DNA of 64,000 nt, taken from NCBI GenBank assembly GCA_013239625.1, contig MU054204.1, forward strand, positions 681,537 to 745,536, written 5' to 3'. Position 1 is the first letter of the stretch, and every line of letters starts with the position of its first letter. Below are positions 26,501 to 38,500 of this stretch, one piece after another. The position numbers were made by a program, and so were the translations under genes. The notes beneath the pieces are model-generated. The model searched no databases. It had not been told where the DNA came from and saw only the letters and a program-made list of their open reading frames with translations. This DNA is from Lama guanicoe (taxonomy: Eukaryota).

Positions 26501-29500
26501 TAAGAGTGACTCTTTTCCAAAAGTTGGAGACTTTTGCAAGACCAAGGGCTTCTCTAAGGTAGACTCCTCCTCTTTAGTGGTGTGCTTCTCCTGCAATACA
26601 GATGGCTCTTGGAAAAGGGACTCCTTAGGGATAGGCTTTTTCTGAAAGGGTAATGGCTCCTTAACGAATGACTTCTCTTCAGAGGTGATCACCTGTAATA
26701 CTGGTGGCTTCAGGAAGCGGCACACCTTCCCGTGAGTGGTATACTTCTCCTTTAAGGGTAATGGCTTCTTGGTGGAGGTTGCCTCCTTACTGGTATGCTT
26801 CTTGAAAGCCAAAGGCTCCTTTAAGAGTGACTCTTTTCCAAAAGTTGGAGTCTTTTGCAAGACCAGGGGCTTCTTTAAGATAGATGCCTCCTCTTCTTGA
26901 GTGGTGTGCTTCTCCTGCAATACAGATGGCTCTTGGAAAAGGGACTCCTTAGGGATAGGCTTTTTCTGAAAGGATAATGGCTCCTTAACGAACGACTTCT
27001 CTTCAGAGGTGACCGTCTGTAATACTAGTGACTCCTTGAAGTGGTACACCTTCCCGTGAGTGGTACATTTCTCCTTTAAAGGTAATGGCTTCTTGGAAAG
27101 GGTTGCCTCCTTAGTAGTAAACTTCTTCCTAAAGGAAATTTGCTCCATAAGAAATTCATCTTCACTATCTTTTTCTTCCTGCAATGCCCATGGCTCCTTC
27201 AAGAGGGTCACCTCTCCATCAGTGGTGTGCATCCCTTGTGACACAGATAGCTCCTGGAAGAAGGACTCCTCCTTAGTCGTAGGCTTTTTTCTTAAGGACA
27301 ATGATTCCTTAATGGGTACCTCCTCTCCAGAGGTGGTCTTCTGAAATACTAATGGGCTCGTTGAGTGGGGAATCTTCCTCTGAATAGTGTAATTCTTCTT
27401 TAAACATAATTGCCTAAAGATGAGGGTTTTCTTAGTGGTAGGTTGCTTCTTAAAAGCCATTGGCTCCTCAAAGAGGGAGTCCTCTTCAGTGTCAATCTCC
27501 TCCTGCAAGACCAATGATTTCTCAAAGATGGACACCTCTTGCTCAGTGGTGTGCTTCTCTTGCAATGCAGGTGGCTTCTGGAAGAGGGGTTTCTTCTCAG
27601 TGGTAGGCTTTCTCCTAGAAGACAACAGCTCCTTAGTGAGTGACTTCTCATCAGAGGTGGTCTTCTGCAACACCAGTGGATTCTTCATACGGGATATCTC
27701 CCCCTGAGTGGAACACTTTTTCTTTAAAGATAACAGCTTCTCGGTGGGGGTTGCCTCCTCAGTTTTAGGCTTCTTCATAGAGTTTGTGGGCTCCACAGGG
27801 AAAAAATCCTCTTCATCACTGATGTCCACCAAGGTCAAAAATTCCTTTGAACAGGACTGCTTCTTCTGATGTGTGGACATATTCGTTAAGGATAATGTCC
27901 TCTTGATGATGGCTGCCTCCTCAGCTTTATGATTCTTCCCAAAAGTCATTGACTCTACAACATCACTCTCAGTCTCCTCCAGCAAGGATAGTGGCTCAAA
28001 GAGGGCCACCTCCCCCTGATTTGTGCACTTCTTTAAAGATAATGACCTCTTGATGAGGTTTGTATTCTCAGTAGTGGGTTTTTCTTTTAAAACAAATGGC
28101 TTTTTGAGAAGAGATGCCTCTTCAATAGTGGGTGTTTTGGAGATGGTAGATATCTCCGGAATGAGTGGTTTGTCTATAATATTTGGTACCATGGTGGTTG
28201 AGACTACTACTGATGAGGGTTCCAGTTTATACCTGTAAAGGAAGCAATGCCTGGAATAAGAATAATGTAGCACCGAGAATCTTCACTTACCATCTAATTT
28301 TGCCACTATATTTACTAAATATATGGAAAGGGCAAGAGCTTCAACTCCAAGAGACAGACTAAAGGGCAAAAATCAATGGGTACCATAGTGAATCATAAAA
28401 GTAATACACTGTAGAGTTTCTATGACTTTCTATGACCCCACATTTTTCTAAAAATTTCCCCCTGAAATCCATCTTATGCTTTCTCATATATGATTTCTTA
28501 CCTTTACTGATACACAAATGCTTTTATTACCACATACTTACCACAATGTAAGAGTTACTTGCTTATATATCAGTCTCCTTCTCTAGCTTGATTTATTTGT
28601 CTTTGTCTATCAGCACCAGGCATCTGGTAAAATTCAGGTTGATATTAATATTGTTTGAAGGCTTATGAGAGACGATTGTAAGAGAGAGGCTTATAAAAGG
28701 CTTACGAAGGCTTATAAGAGAAAAGTGGACTGGTACTTAACCATATTCCCTTTACTCTAGGCTATTCACAAGCTCTTTCCTAGTAAAGGTATTAAAAAGA
28801 CCAAAATAAACATTTGTTCACATGTGTCAGATGCAAAGCTCTGTTCTGAATAGGACTGCATGTCCAACTAGAGTGACTAACCTGGTGTGACCAAATCATT
28901 GGATGACTAGAAATTAGAATAAGAGAAAGGATTAAAGGTAAATGCAATCTTCAGTTGGAACAAGAGTAAGTACTTCCAAAAGACTAGATATTATATGATT
29001 CCATTTAAAATCCAGAACAGATACGTCCATAGGGGTATATCCATAACAGAAAGTAGATTGGTGGTTGCCTGGAGCTGGGGAGGAGGGGGGAGGTGGATAG
29101 AAAGGGGTACTGGGAAAGAGAAGGGACTATGGGTATAAGTTTCTTTGGCGGGGTGCTAAAAAAGTTCTAAAATTAGATAGGTAATGGCTGCACAACCTAA
29201 CTTGAAAAAAAAAACACTAAATTAAAAAAAAAAGTGCCTCAAAAGACTCCATCTGATCAGATAGGCTCCAGGTCCCTCCAGATGAGAACTTCTAAAGGTA
29301 GTCTTCAGATAGTCTAGTTATGATAAAGAGCATGCATTCTGGATCTAGACTGTCTGTATCCAAACCCTGGCCCCTCCACTTCTTGGCTGAGTGATCTTGG
29401 GCAAGTTAATGTTCTATGTATCACCTTTTTCACCTATAAAATGAGGGTCATAATATTACCTCCTCTATAGGCTTACTGTGAAGACTTAATTAATTAATAT

Positions 29501-32500
29501 GCATAAAAACTCTTAAAACAAACAACTGTTAGAAACAGTTGCACACCAATAAATCAGATAATTCAGAAGAAAATGGACAAGTTCCTAGGAAGATACAAAC
29601 TACCAAAACTGACTCAAAAAGAAAACAGAAAATCTCAACAGATCTGTAACAAGACATTGAATTAATAATCAAGAACTACCCGCAAAGAAAAATCTAGGCC
29701 CAGATGGCTTCACTGGTGAATTCTATCAAACATTTAAAGAAGAACTAATACTAATACTTCATGAACTACTCAGGAAGAGGTAGGAATATTTCCCAAGTTA
29801 TTCTATGAGGCCAATATTACCCTGATACCAAAAACAAGGAGATCACAAGAAAACTCTAGTCTGATATGTCTTATGAATACAGATGCAAAAATCCTCCTGA
29901 AAATACTAGCAAACCAAATCCAGCAGTACATAAAAGGGTTGTACACCATGACCAAGTGGGATTTATCCTAGGAAAGCAAAATTAGTTTAGCATCTGAAAA
30001 TCAATTCAAGTATCACACCACACTGATGGAATAAAAAACAAAAGCTACATGATCATCTCAGTAAATCCAGAAAAATCATTTGACAAAATCTGACACCTTT
30101 CATGATAAAAAGTATTCAACAAATGAAGACTAGAAAAGAGATTCTTCAACTAAGCAAGAGCATCTATGAAAATCCCAAAGCTAACATCATAGCTAATAGT
30201 GAAGGACTGATGCTTCCTCCCTCTATGAATATACTAAAAACCATTGAATTGTATGGTTTAAAGGGGTGAGTTGTATGGTATGTTAATTACATCTCAATAA
30301 AGCTGTTACCCCCCCAAAAAAATCCTTAATATAATGCATGATTATAGTGAGCTCTCAACAGATGTTAGTTCTAGTACTATTATTAGGATCCATTCCACTG
30401 AACTCTGAACGAAGACAAGAACGTATATGGCATTTCCGCTAAAATCAGAATGATGAATGATATTCAAAAGAAAATAATGCAGGGAATTAAAGTCAAAATA
30501 TTCATGCAAATCCCGAGAACTCCATTTCAGCAAGAAACCAAGTAGGGCTAAATGCTAATCTTCTGGTTTGATTTCTTTCTGATGGGTAGTTAGCAAAATG
30601 TCCTATGGACCTGGCATGTTAAGTTTTTGGAGTTTTCACAGACTTTCTCCCTTACCATTTGGAACCCCTGCTTAGCCCTGCTGTAGCTACCTAGCTAATC
30701 TATTCTATTCTTCCCTGAAGAAGTAATCCCCACTAGAATGAGAAGAGGATATAGAAAGGTCTCATTTCACTTTTTAACTCTTCTTCCAATAAAAGTTTTC
30801 CTAGGAGTAAATCCTTTTTCCAATCCTAGATGAGAATACTCATATCTACTTGCAGAACCTGTAATCAGTTCCCTATAACAGCTGGAAAATACACATTTCT
30901 GGCCTAAGGAGATAGTAATTTCTCTACAGTAACAAGAAACAAACCTCCCCCAAGGCTTCTAATGGGATAAGCAGACTGGCAAGCTATCAGCCAGCTGCTG
31001 AGAATCCCCTGAAAAGTTAAGTTGCCCCCACATTCTCAAGCACAGACTGGCTCAATCAGGGACTGAACTACTAAAAGAGAGAAAAAATGCACACAAGATC
31101 TTTTAGCAAACTCTCCAATGACAACAGCTCCTTCAGTAAGTACACACCATGGGGGTGGGGTGTGGGGGGAGAGAGAAGAGGCCTGCAATGCTTCAGTAAC
31201 TTAGCAAACCACAGCTGTTTGCAAAGCCACCTAAACACCCAGGGTTAATGGAGTACTCACCACTGTGCCCTATTAAAAATGTTCTCAATGGGGACAAAAG
31301 AGGGTCAAAAGGATGTCACATGTTCTCCTTTACCATCTAAACAAAGCCATCTGAATCCCCTCTTACTCACCTTTTTACATTCATCTTGTTTTTGTCCAAC
31401 TCACAAGCAGGTGTGTTCCTGTTTGTCTTCTTGGAAATATCTTTAACAAACTCATTATTGGCTTCCTTTTTGGGCTGAGCAGGTTGACTTTGAGAAGCCT
31501 GCAAAAAAAAAAAAAAGAAAGAAGGGTTTAGGGGGTCAGGTGAAGGAAGCAAGAAAATGGAAAGAACCTCAAATTACCCAATAGGTGGCTCTTATAGGAA
31601 AGTCCTGAACAAAACTCTCACACTGGACACCTTGTTGGGTTGTTCCCAGGAACACCAATCAAAACATCTCACAACCAGTATGGTACTGCTGCCGACTAAT
31701 CATGATGGAAGCTAGCGGTACAGTAGTACTGGTACATATTAGCTAAATAGCAGCCCTACGTGATTCCAACATACATAGGATGTGGTTCTGATCTCCATGT
31801 CAGGCATACTGGCTGGAAAATTCACAAAAAAGATACTTTGTAAATATCACATTCCATTTTGACCCCACAGGATGTTCAGAGGGGGAAAAAAGGCAATCAA
31901 ACTGGCTTTGCTGCCTGGGTATATACCAAGATCAACTAGCTTTTCAGGGTAGACCTGTATCACAACACTACCTGTGATACATCTATCCCATCCCGCTGAG
32001 GGGATATTTATTTAACATGTGCTCTGAGGGGCTTCATCACAAACTCTAATCATGACTATTTCTATTAAACAGTAGAGGAGACCATGAGACTGTGAATCAT
32101 GTCAGTAAAAATAATTTTAAAAGTTATGCCTTTAAAATGAAACAAAGGGAATCTAATTATATCCCAAATAGATACCATGACCACATTAAAGGACAAAAAA
32201 AAACAGAAGAAAGTATAAGACAAGAAACAACTAATCCAGGTAAACACAGGGTTAGACTATCTACCTTCAACATATACATCCTCAGTCAGTATGGGTTTGT
32301 ATGTAGGGTGGTGGAGAATATTGCAAACAAATCTGGAACTACTTTTAGTAGGTTTGTTTATTATGGTGGGGTAGAAGAAGTAATTTTGAAACTCTTTTAG
32401 ATGTATTATAGTATTGAGTAAATATGTCGGTTATCTTGGGAAACATGGTTCTCATTTTAGAAGAAGGAATACACATATATGGATTGAGAAATATAGGAAA

Positions 32501-35500
32501 GAACCCTGTGTGTTGGAATGGGACCTGTTCAGACTCATGATTTCTTAAATAAGTATAGGTATACATACATCTGAGTATATGGGGACATGTGTGTTTGTAT
32601 ATATAGATATATGTATATATGTTTCATTATAGATACGTGTGTATATACATGCAGACATTTCCTAGTTCTGTCTACTGAAGGGGCAGGAAAAAATGCAGAC
32701 ACCCCAGTAGTACACCTAGCACTGAGATTTTGGCTCTAATATCATTCCCCACTAAAAGGAACAGGAATTCTTCAGAAAAATGGCTGACTCCAAGGCTGGG
32801 ATAAAATAGATACAAGATGAACCTAGAACATCCTGTTATGCTGGAAAGAAAATGCTCAAAACATTATAAGTATGTCACAAAGATACAGTAGTCAGATTAA
32901 AGGGGACCATAGTGGCCAAATCTGAGATAATCTGAGCACCAAAATAATTTAATACAATAATGAGCAATAAACCACTGAAAAAATAGGAATTCATAAGTCT
33001 ATACCAATAATAAATAAACAGAGAAGAAGGGAAGGCCCTGCTTGTAGTAGAATGCCATGGGTAGACTGGTAAATGGAGAGCAAGTGCTAGAGATGGAAAA
33101 AATATCTTAAAGGTTGGTTTAGGCAAAAATCATCAACAGATGCTAAATCTGGGGGACATTTTGATGAAGAGCAGATTATTGGCCAGCTCTTAAGAGTGTG
33201 TCCCATAGACTGCCTATTCATTGCAAGAGGGAAAAAAATTAACAGTAATTATACGGTGGAGAAACCAGACAACATCCAGACTGGGTGATCAAAATGAACA
33301 TCACCAATGAGGGGCAGAGGGACATCGTGTGCCTCCAGATGTGATACTCTAAGAAGGAGAGAACATAATCTACGCATTTTCCAGCCAAGCACGTATATAA
33401 CGTCAAACTAATCACATGGAAACATCAGATAAACACAAAGTGAGGAATGTTCTATTTTTAAAATAGGGGGGTTGGGTGGGACTGTATTCTTCAAAAATGT
33501 CATAAAAAACAAGGAAAGGCTATGGAAATGTCCCAGATTAAAAGAAGCCAGAGATATGACAAGTAAATGATGCTAGCCTGGATTCCCTCACTAGAGGGGG
33601 AAAAAGGCTTATAACATTGACTTTATAAGGTCAGCTGAAAAAAAATGGAATATGGACAATAGATTACATAAAAATTACATTAAAATACTGTATCAATGTA
33701 AATTTATAAAGTTGCTGACTATACTGTGGTTACATAAGACAATTTCCCTGAGGAAACATACACTGAAGTACTTAGGGGTAAAGGGCCATGATGTATGTAG
33801 GCAAGTGGGATGAAATGTTAATAACAGGTGAATCTAGCTAGGTAAAAGGTATATATATGTGTGTTCTTTGTACTGTTTTTTTCTTTTTACAGCTTTTTGT
33901 AAATTTGAATTTCCAAATGAAATGTAAAAAAAATTACACCTTTGTATCATTATTCCATAATAAGCAACTACAATCCAATAGGAAATTCTTTCTTAGGCCC
34001 TCAATTGTTGTCCACTTCTGCTCCTCAAAGAGCTTGGCACAGTTTTCATTTCAACTTCACCTAAAGTTTTACAAATTCCCTATGTGTTCACTGAGATTTG
34101 GAATTGGAAAAGAGGTGATTTTTCTTAGCAGGAGAGAGGTGGAGACCCTAATCCCCAGGGGGAAATTTTCTCCTTGCCATATGTGAAGGTTCAGAGCACT
34201 AATTATTTTAAGATCTAAGCTCAAGGGGACCTTTCCCAGTACTTCCCCATAATTCTTTCACCAAGAAGTAGGAAAATAGAGATGAAAATCTTCCTGACAA
34301 AGAATAATTTAGGTAAACATGGATATAGACCTTATCTTCTCATCCACTGGCTTAGGACCAGCTCTACCAAATTAAAAGTCCTTCTCATGCTGGAATGATG
34401 AAGGAGAGGGGGAAAAAAGAACACTTACAGCAGATTAACTAAGTAAAACAGATTAATTCTTTTTTTAATTTATTTTTTCATTGTTTTTTAATTTATTTTT
34501 ATTTTTAAATTTTATTTATTTATTTTTAATCAGTCTTTTTTGGGGGGTGGGGAAGATAATTAGGTTTTTATTTAATTTATTTATTTTAATGGAGGTCCTG
34601 GGGATCGAACCCAGGACCTCCTGCATGCTAACAATGCGCTCTACTACTGAGCTATACCTTCCCCTTAAAACAGATCAATTCTTTCAGCAGGCCAGGACCT
34701 CACAGTGGTGAAACTTGATGAGATAGATATAAGGCATGGAGACCTAGTAATACTGACAGGAAGAAGCAAATCATCATAAAGGGAATCCCCAAAATTCAGA
34801 GAGAAAGGAGCCTTCAACCCTCCAAGAGATGATCTCAGACATCTGCATAAAGACCCAACCCTGGAGTGGCTTAGGTACATTGTAATGATGGAACTTTCTC
34901 TGGAAAGCACTAAAGACAAGTCAAGGTGACCAAAGTTGATTCAGGCCTTGAACTCAAAAGGGAAATGGGCTTTCTGAGCTTCTGAAAAGCTAGAGGCAGA
35001 GGTTCTTCTCAGGGGTGCCTTGCTTCTCCCACCCCACCCTGGATAAGTACGTGGCCTAACAGATGTTGAATTCAGTTGGAGAACCGGGAGGGTCCTAGAT
35101 AGCTGCATGTATTTCCTATTCATTTATTTGTGTTTGTTCTTTATAAATGATGATATAAACCTCATGAAAAAAAGGACTGAGAGCAAGTTTCTCATATGCT
35201 GTTAGGCCTTGCTCTGCACAGTGTCATCAGGGACTCTGAGGGCCAAGGGAAGCTACACTAAGATTGGCTGCATCTGCTCCTGATTTGTGTGGCCACCTTA
35301 TTTCAGCTAAGTTTCTAGATCCACAGTTACATCAGTCAGGAAATGAATCTAACCTTATAGGCCTGTATGGGAGGTATCTCTTTCAACCAATCTAGAGTAA
35401 ATCTGATTATAATCATACATGTTGTAATCTGAATGGGAAAGAGACTGTTTGAGTACAAGAGTGAGTGGTCACATAGCATGTAGAGAGCAGAGATACAAGC

Positions 35501-38500
35501 AGAAAACTTTGCCAATGCTTATCCAACCCCACTTTAGAAGGTAAAATATTATCTAGCAGATATGAGAATTCTGGTAGCCACAGAAAGACACTCTATTATA
35601 GAGGGCAGGAATATTTCACCAGGGTTCTCTGTATCCTAGATGAACCAGACTTCAAAACCAACATTGGGCAAATATTTTTCTGTAAGGTGAAGATAATTAT
35701 AGTATCTGCCTCATAGGATTTTATGAGGATTAAGTGAGTGGATACATGAAACAGTGCTTAGAATAGTGCCTGGCACATAGTAAGCACTCAGTAGGCATCA
35801 GCTATTATTTTCAAAGACCAAAGATTACCTTTGGCCCAATTTTATATTCAATTAGGAACATTTTAACTGTTAAACCTGATTCTTTTTGCTAGTACCTTAA
35901 TAGTATCAGAAGGGAGCTAACTTGGAAGTAAACTCAAGAATTCCAGTCAAAATTGAATTTCTAGATCTCCATAGTTGGAACTGTGGTCCTTAATGGTTCT
36001 GTGCATCAGAGGGCATTTTTGATTGTTACTGCCACTGGGATGCTGCTGGGACTTAATGCCTGGGGGCCAGGATGCTGGCTGAGGTCAATTCTACACAATA
36101 GAAACATTGTCCTGTCCAAAATGCCCCTAGTGCTTGAATGGATAAACACTGCCCTAGTTTACAATGAATCCATGTAAGTACTTGCCTCCAAGGCCTAAGC
36201 AGCCAGTTGAGTCACCTCTGGACTTTATCTAAATGCAAGATCTCATATTTCTCATTTGTCTACAATTTTGTATCTGATAATAACTCTGCTGCTTCCAGAG
36301 AGCTCCACCATTTACTCCAGATGGTATGTGCCAGCAGAAGAGCCCCCGCAGTTTCTGAAATTGGGTCATGGATTCCAAATAAAGTTGGCTCTCAACGTTC
36401 TACAGAAGGGTCAGGGTCTGATAAACTGGAAAGGCCACTCAAGGAAGAGGTGATCTAAACCATATACAACACCATGGTAGAGGATTGGACTAGCATACTC
36501 ACATTGGTGAGATCTTCAAAAGCTGATCTCTTTTTGAGTGGTCCCAGAGGTGAAGATGGAGATCTCTTTGTTTGGCAATTCTCCCCTCTCTAAAAAAAGT
36601 AAAAGAGGTAAATGAGTAGATCCAATTGTGAACAGTCTTTTAAGGGACTTTGGGTCATCTCTGGGGCTTGGGGAAATGCCAGAATCTCCAAGGAACTGGG
36701 GATGCATCTAATAAACCCCAAAAAACCACAACACAGGGAAATGTCAGCACTCACTGCTGCTTAGAGCATTCTTGAAGGAGGTCATCATTGATGACAGGGA
36801 CAAGGCTGTGAGGAGACAAGATGACCTTCAGTGTAACTCTCAGAATGAGCAAAATAGCTTAGTGAAGGTAATTTTCTCTCCTATTCCTCTCATGTTTCTG
36901 GCTATCCTAGCCAAGATGAACCATCACCACCACCACAACCCTGCAAATCCCAGTCATTCCTTTAATATGGATGCTCCCAGGTAAATTAGTTCAATAATTT
37001 AACAACATTTAAGTATTTCTTACGTTAAATAGTTGATTTAAGACGTTCCCAATAAGGACAATAACATGCCTATCTAGACACCGGTCCAGGACCAGCTCTT
37101 TACTAGCTGGTGACCTTGAACAAGTCACTTAATTTCTGAGCTTCAATTTTCTCATCAGTAAAATTGGAATGATAACCTACCTTATTTGAGGATTCAATAA
37201 AAGAATGCATTTTTAAAGTTTTTTTAAAAAAACTTATTTACTTGGGGGGGTAATTAGGTTTGTTTGTTTGTTTATTTTTAGAGGAGGTACTGGGGATTAA
37301 ACCCAGGACCTCATGCACACTAAGCATGTGCTCTACCACTTGAGCTATACCCTCCCCCAACACAAGAACAGACAGGTTTTTTTTAATTTACATTTGTGTA
37401 CTGTTCATTGTTTCTAAGAACAGTTTAGAGCTTTAGCTTTTTAAACTTACATAGTTATCAATGGAATAAAGCCAACCACAAAAAAAGAATCAACAAAATG
37501 CAGTAATTCAATCATAAAGGACAGTCAAATGTGCTTATACATGAGAATGCATGTTTTTTAAAAAGTCTATATAAACTGCAAGTGGACAAAAATAGTATTT
37601 TTAAAGTACACAGTCCAATATGATTTTAAACCCTATAGGAAAAATTCGAGTTTTTTTGAGGGGGGAAATTTTATATTTTAGGAAAAGAGTTTGGTAATCC
37701 ATATTAATCCCTAATTGTTAGTGTATACTATTTTGGAGCAAAGGAAGCTCTCTTTCTAGGTAGCGTTTAACTGTACATCCCACTCTCAAAAGAGCAAGAC
37801 TGTCTCTATGGGGTTAGAGGTCAAGGTACACCACACTGTAGGGATCTTCTATTCCCTAACAGTTTTTATTTGGTGAAACTTTCCCAAGCATCAGATTTCC
37901 CTTATGAAATGAGAAGCCTGCCCTACCTATGTCCTAGAGTTGTTATAATGTGAAGCAGAACATGGGGATCAGACCATTTATTTGCCCTGTTCTCTATTTA
38001 TACCATGGGCAGTTGGTACATGGCACAGTAAGTGATTAGAAATTTACAGAATTGGATCCCTATTGTAATAGACCAATCTAGCCCACTGGAGCAATCCTAT
38101 AAGAGCTGAAAAGAATGATTTCTGTTTCTAAATGAGTAAGCTAAGAAATAAGTAAACTTCTTAGTCTTTTATCTAGTTCATGATAAATAATCCTAGTGGA
38201 AATAATTAGCAAGTAAATAAATTATTATTTTCTTACAAATTAGCCAGTTTCTTACAAATTAACTGTTGGTCTGTTATCCAATGCCTACTTAATATTACTG
38301 GCAGAAATAATCAGCCCCAAATAAAATTAATGGGTGAAAGTGAACTCAATAAAATTTTTATTTGCAAAATGTGCCCTGAGGGAGTTGGATTGGGAAAAAT
38401 AACTGCCACAAAAGAAAACTTACAGTGGTAGAACTCTAATCAGAATATTTGATATGGACAAAATCTGACCAATGTACTAAATCTTTCTTGCAAAATTTAC

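Noticed and set aside
25680..27094. Repeat array as a CRISPR-like or non-coding satellite
   Set aside because: Units are contiguous multiples of 3 with no spacers, inside a mammalian coding exon.
24464..28238. Series of plus-strand ORFs antisense to the CCNB3 giant exon
   Set aside because: Shadow ORFs produced by codon bias and the coding repeat; fragmented by stops, with no independent gene signals.
24287..28273. 1328-aa ORF as a stand-alone novel gene or mobile-element protein
   Set aside because: It is the giant internal exon of CCNB3. Splice sites at 28232 and 24311 are in phase with the flanking exons, and the ORF's start is a non-ATG codon in the intron.
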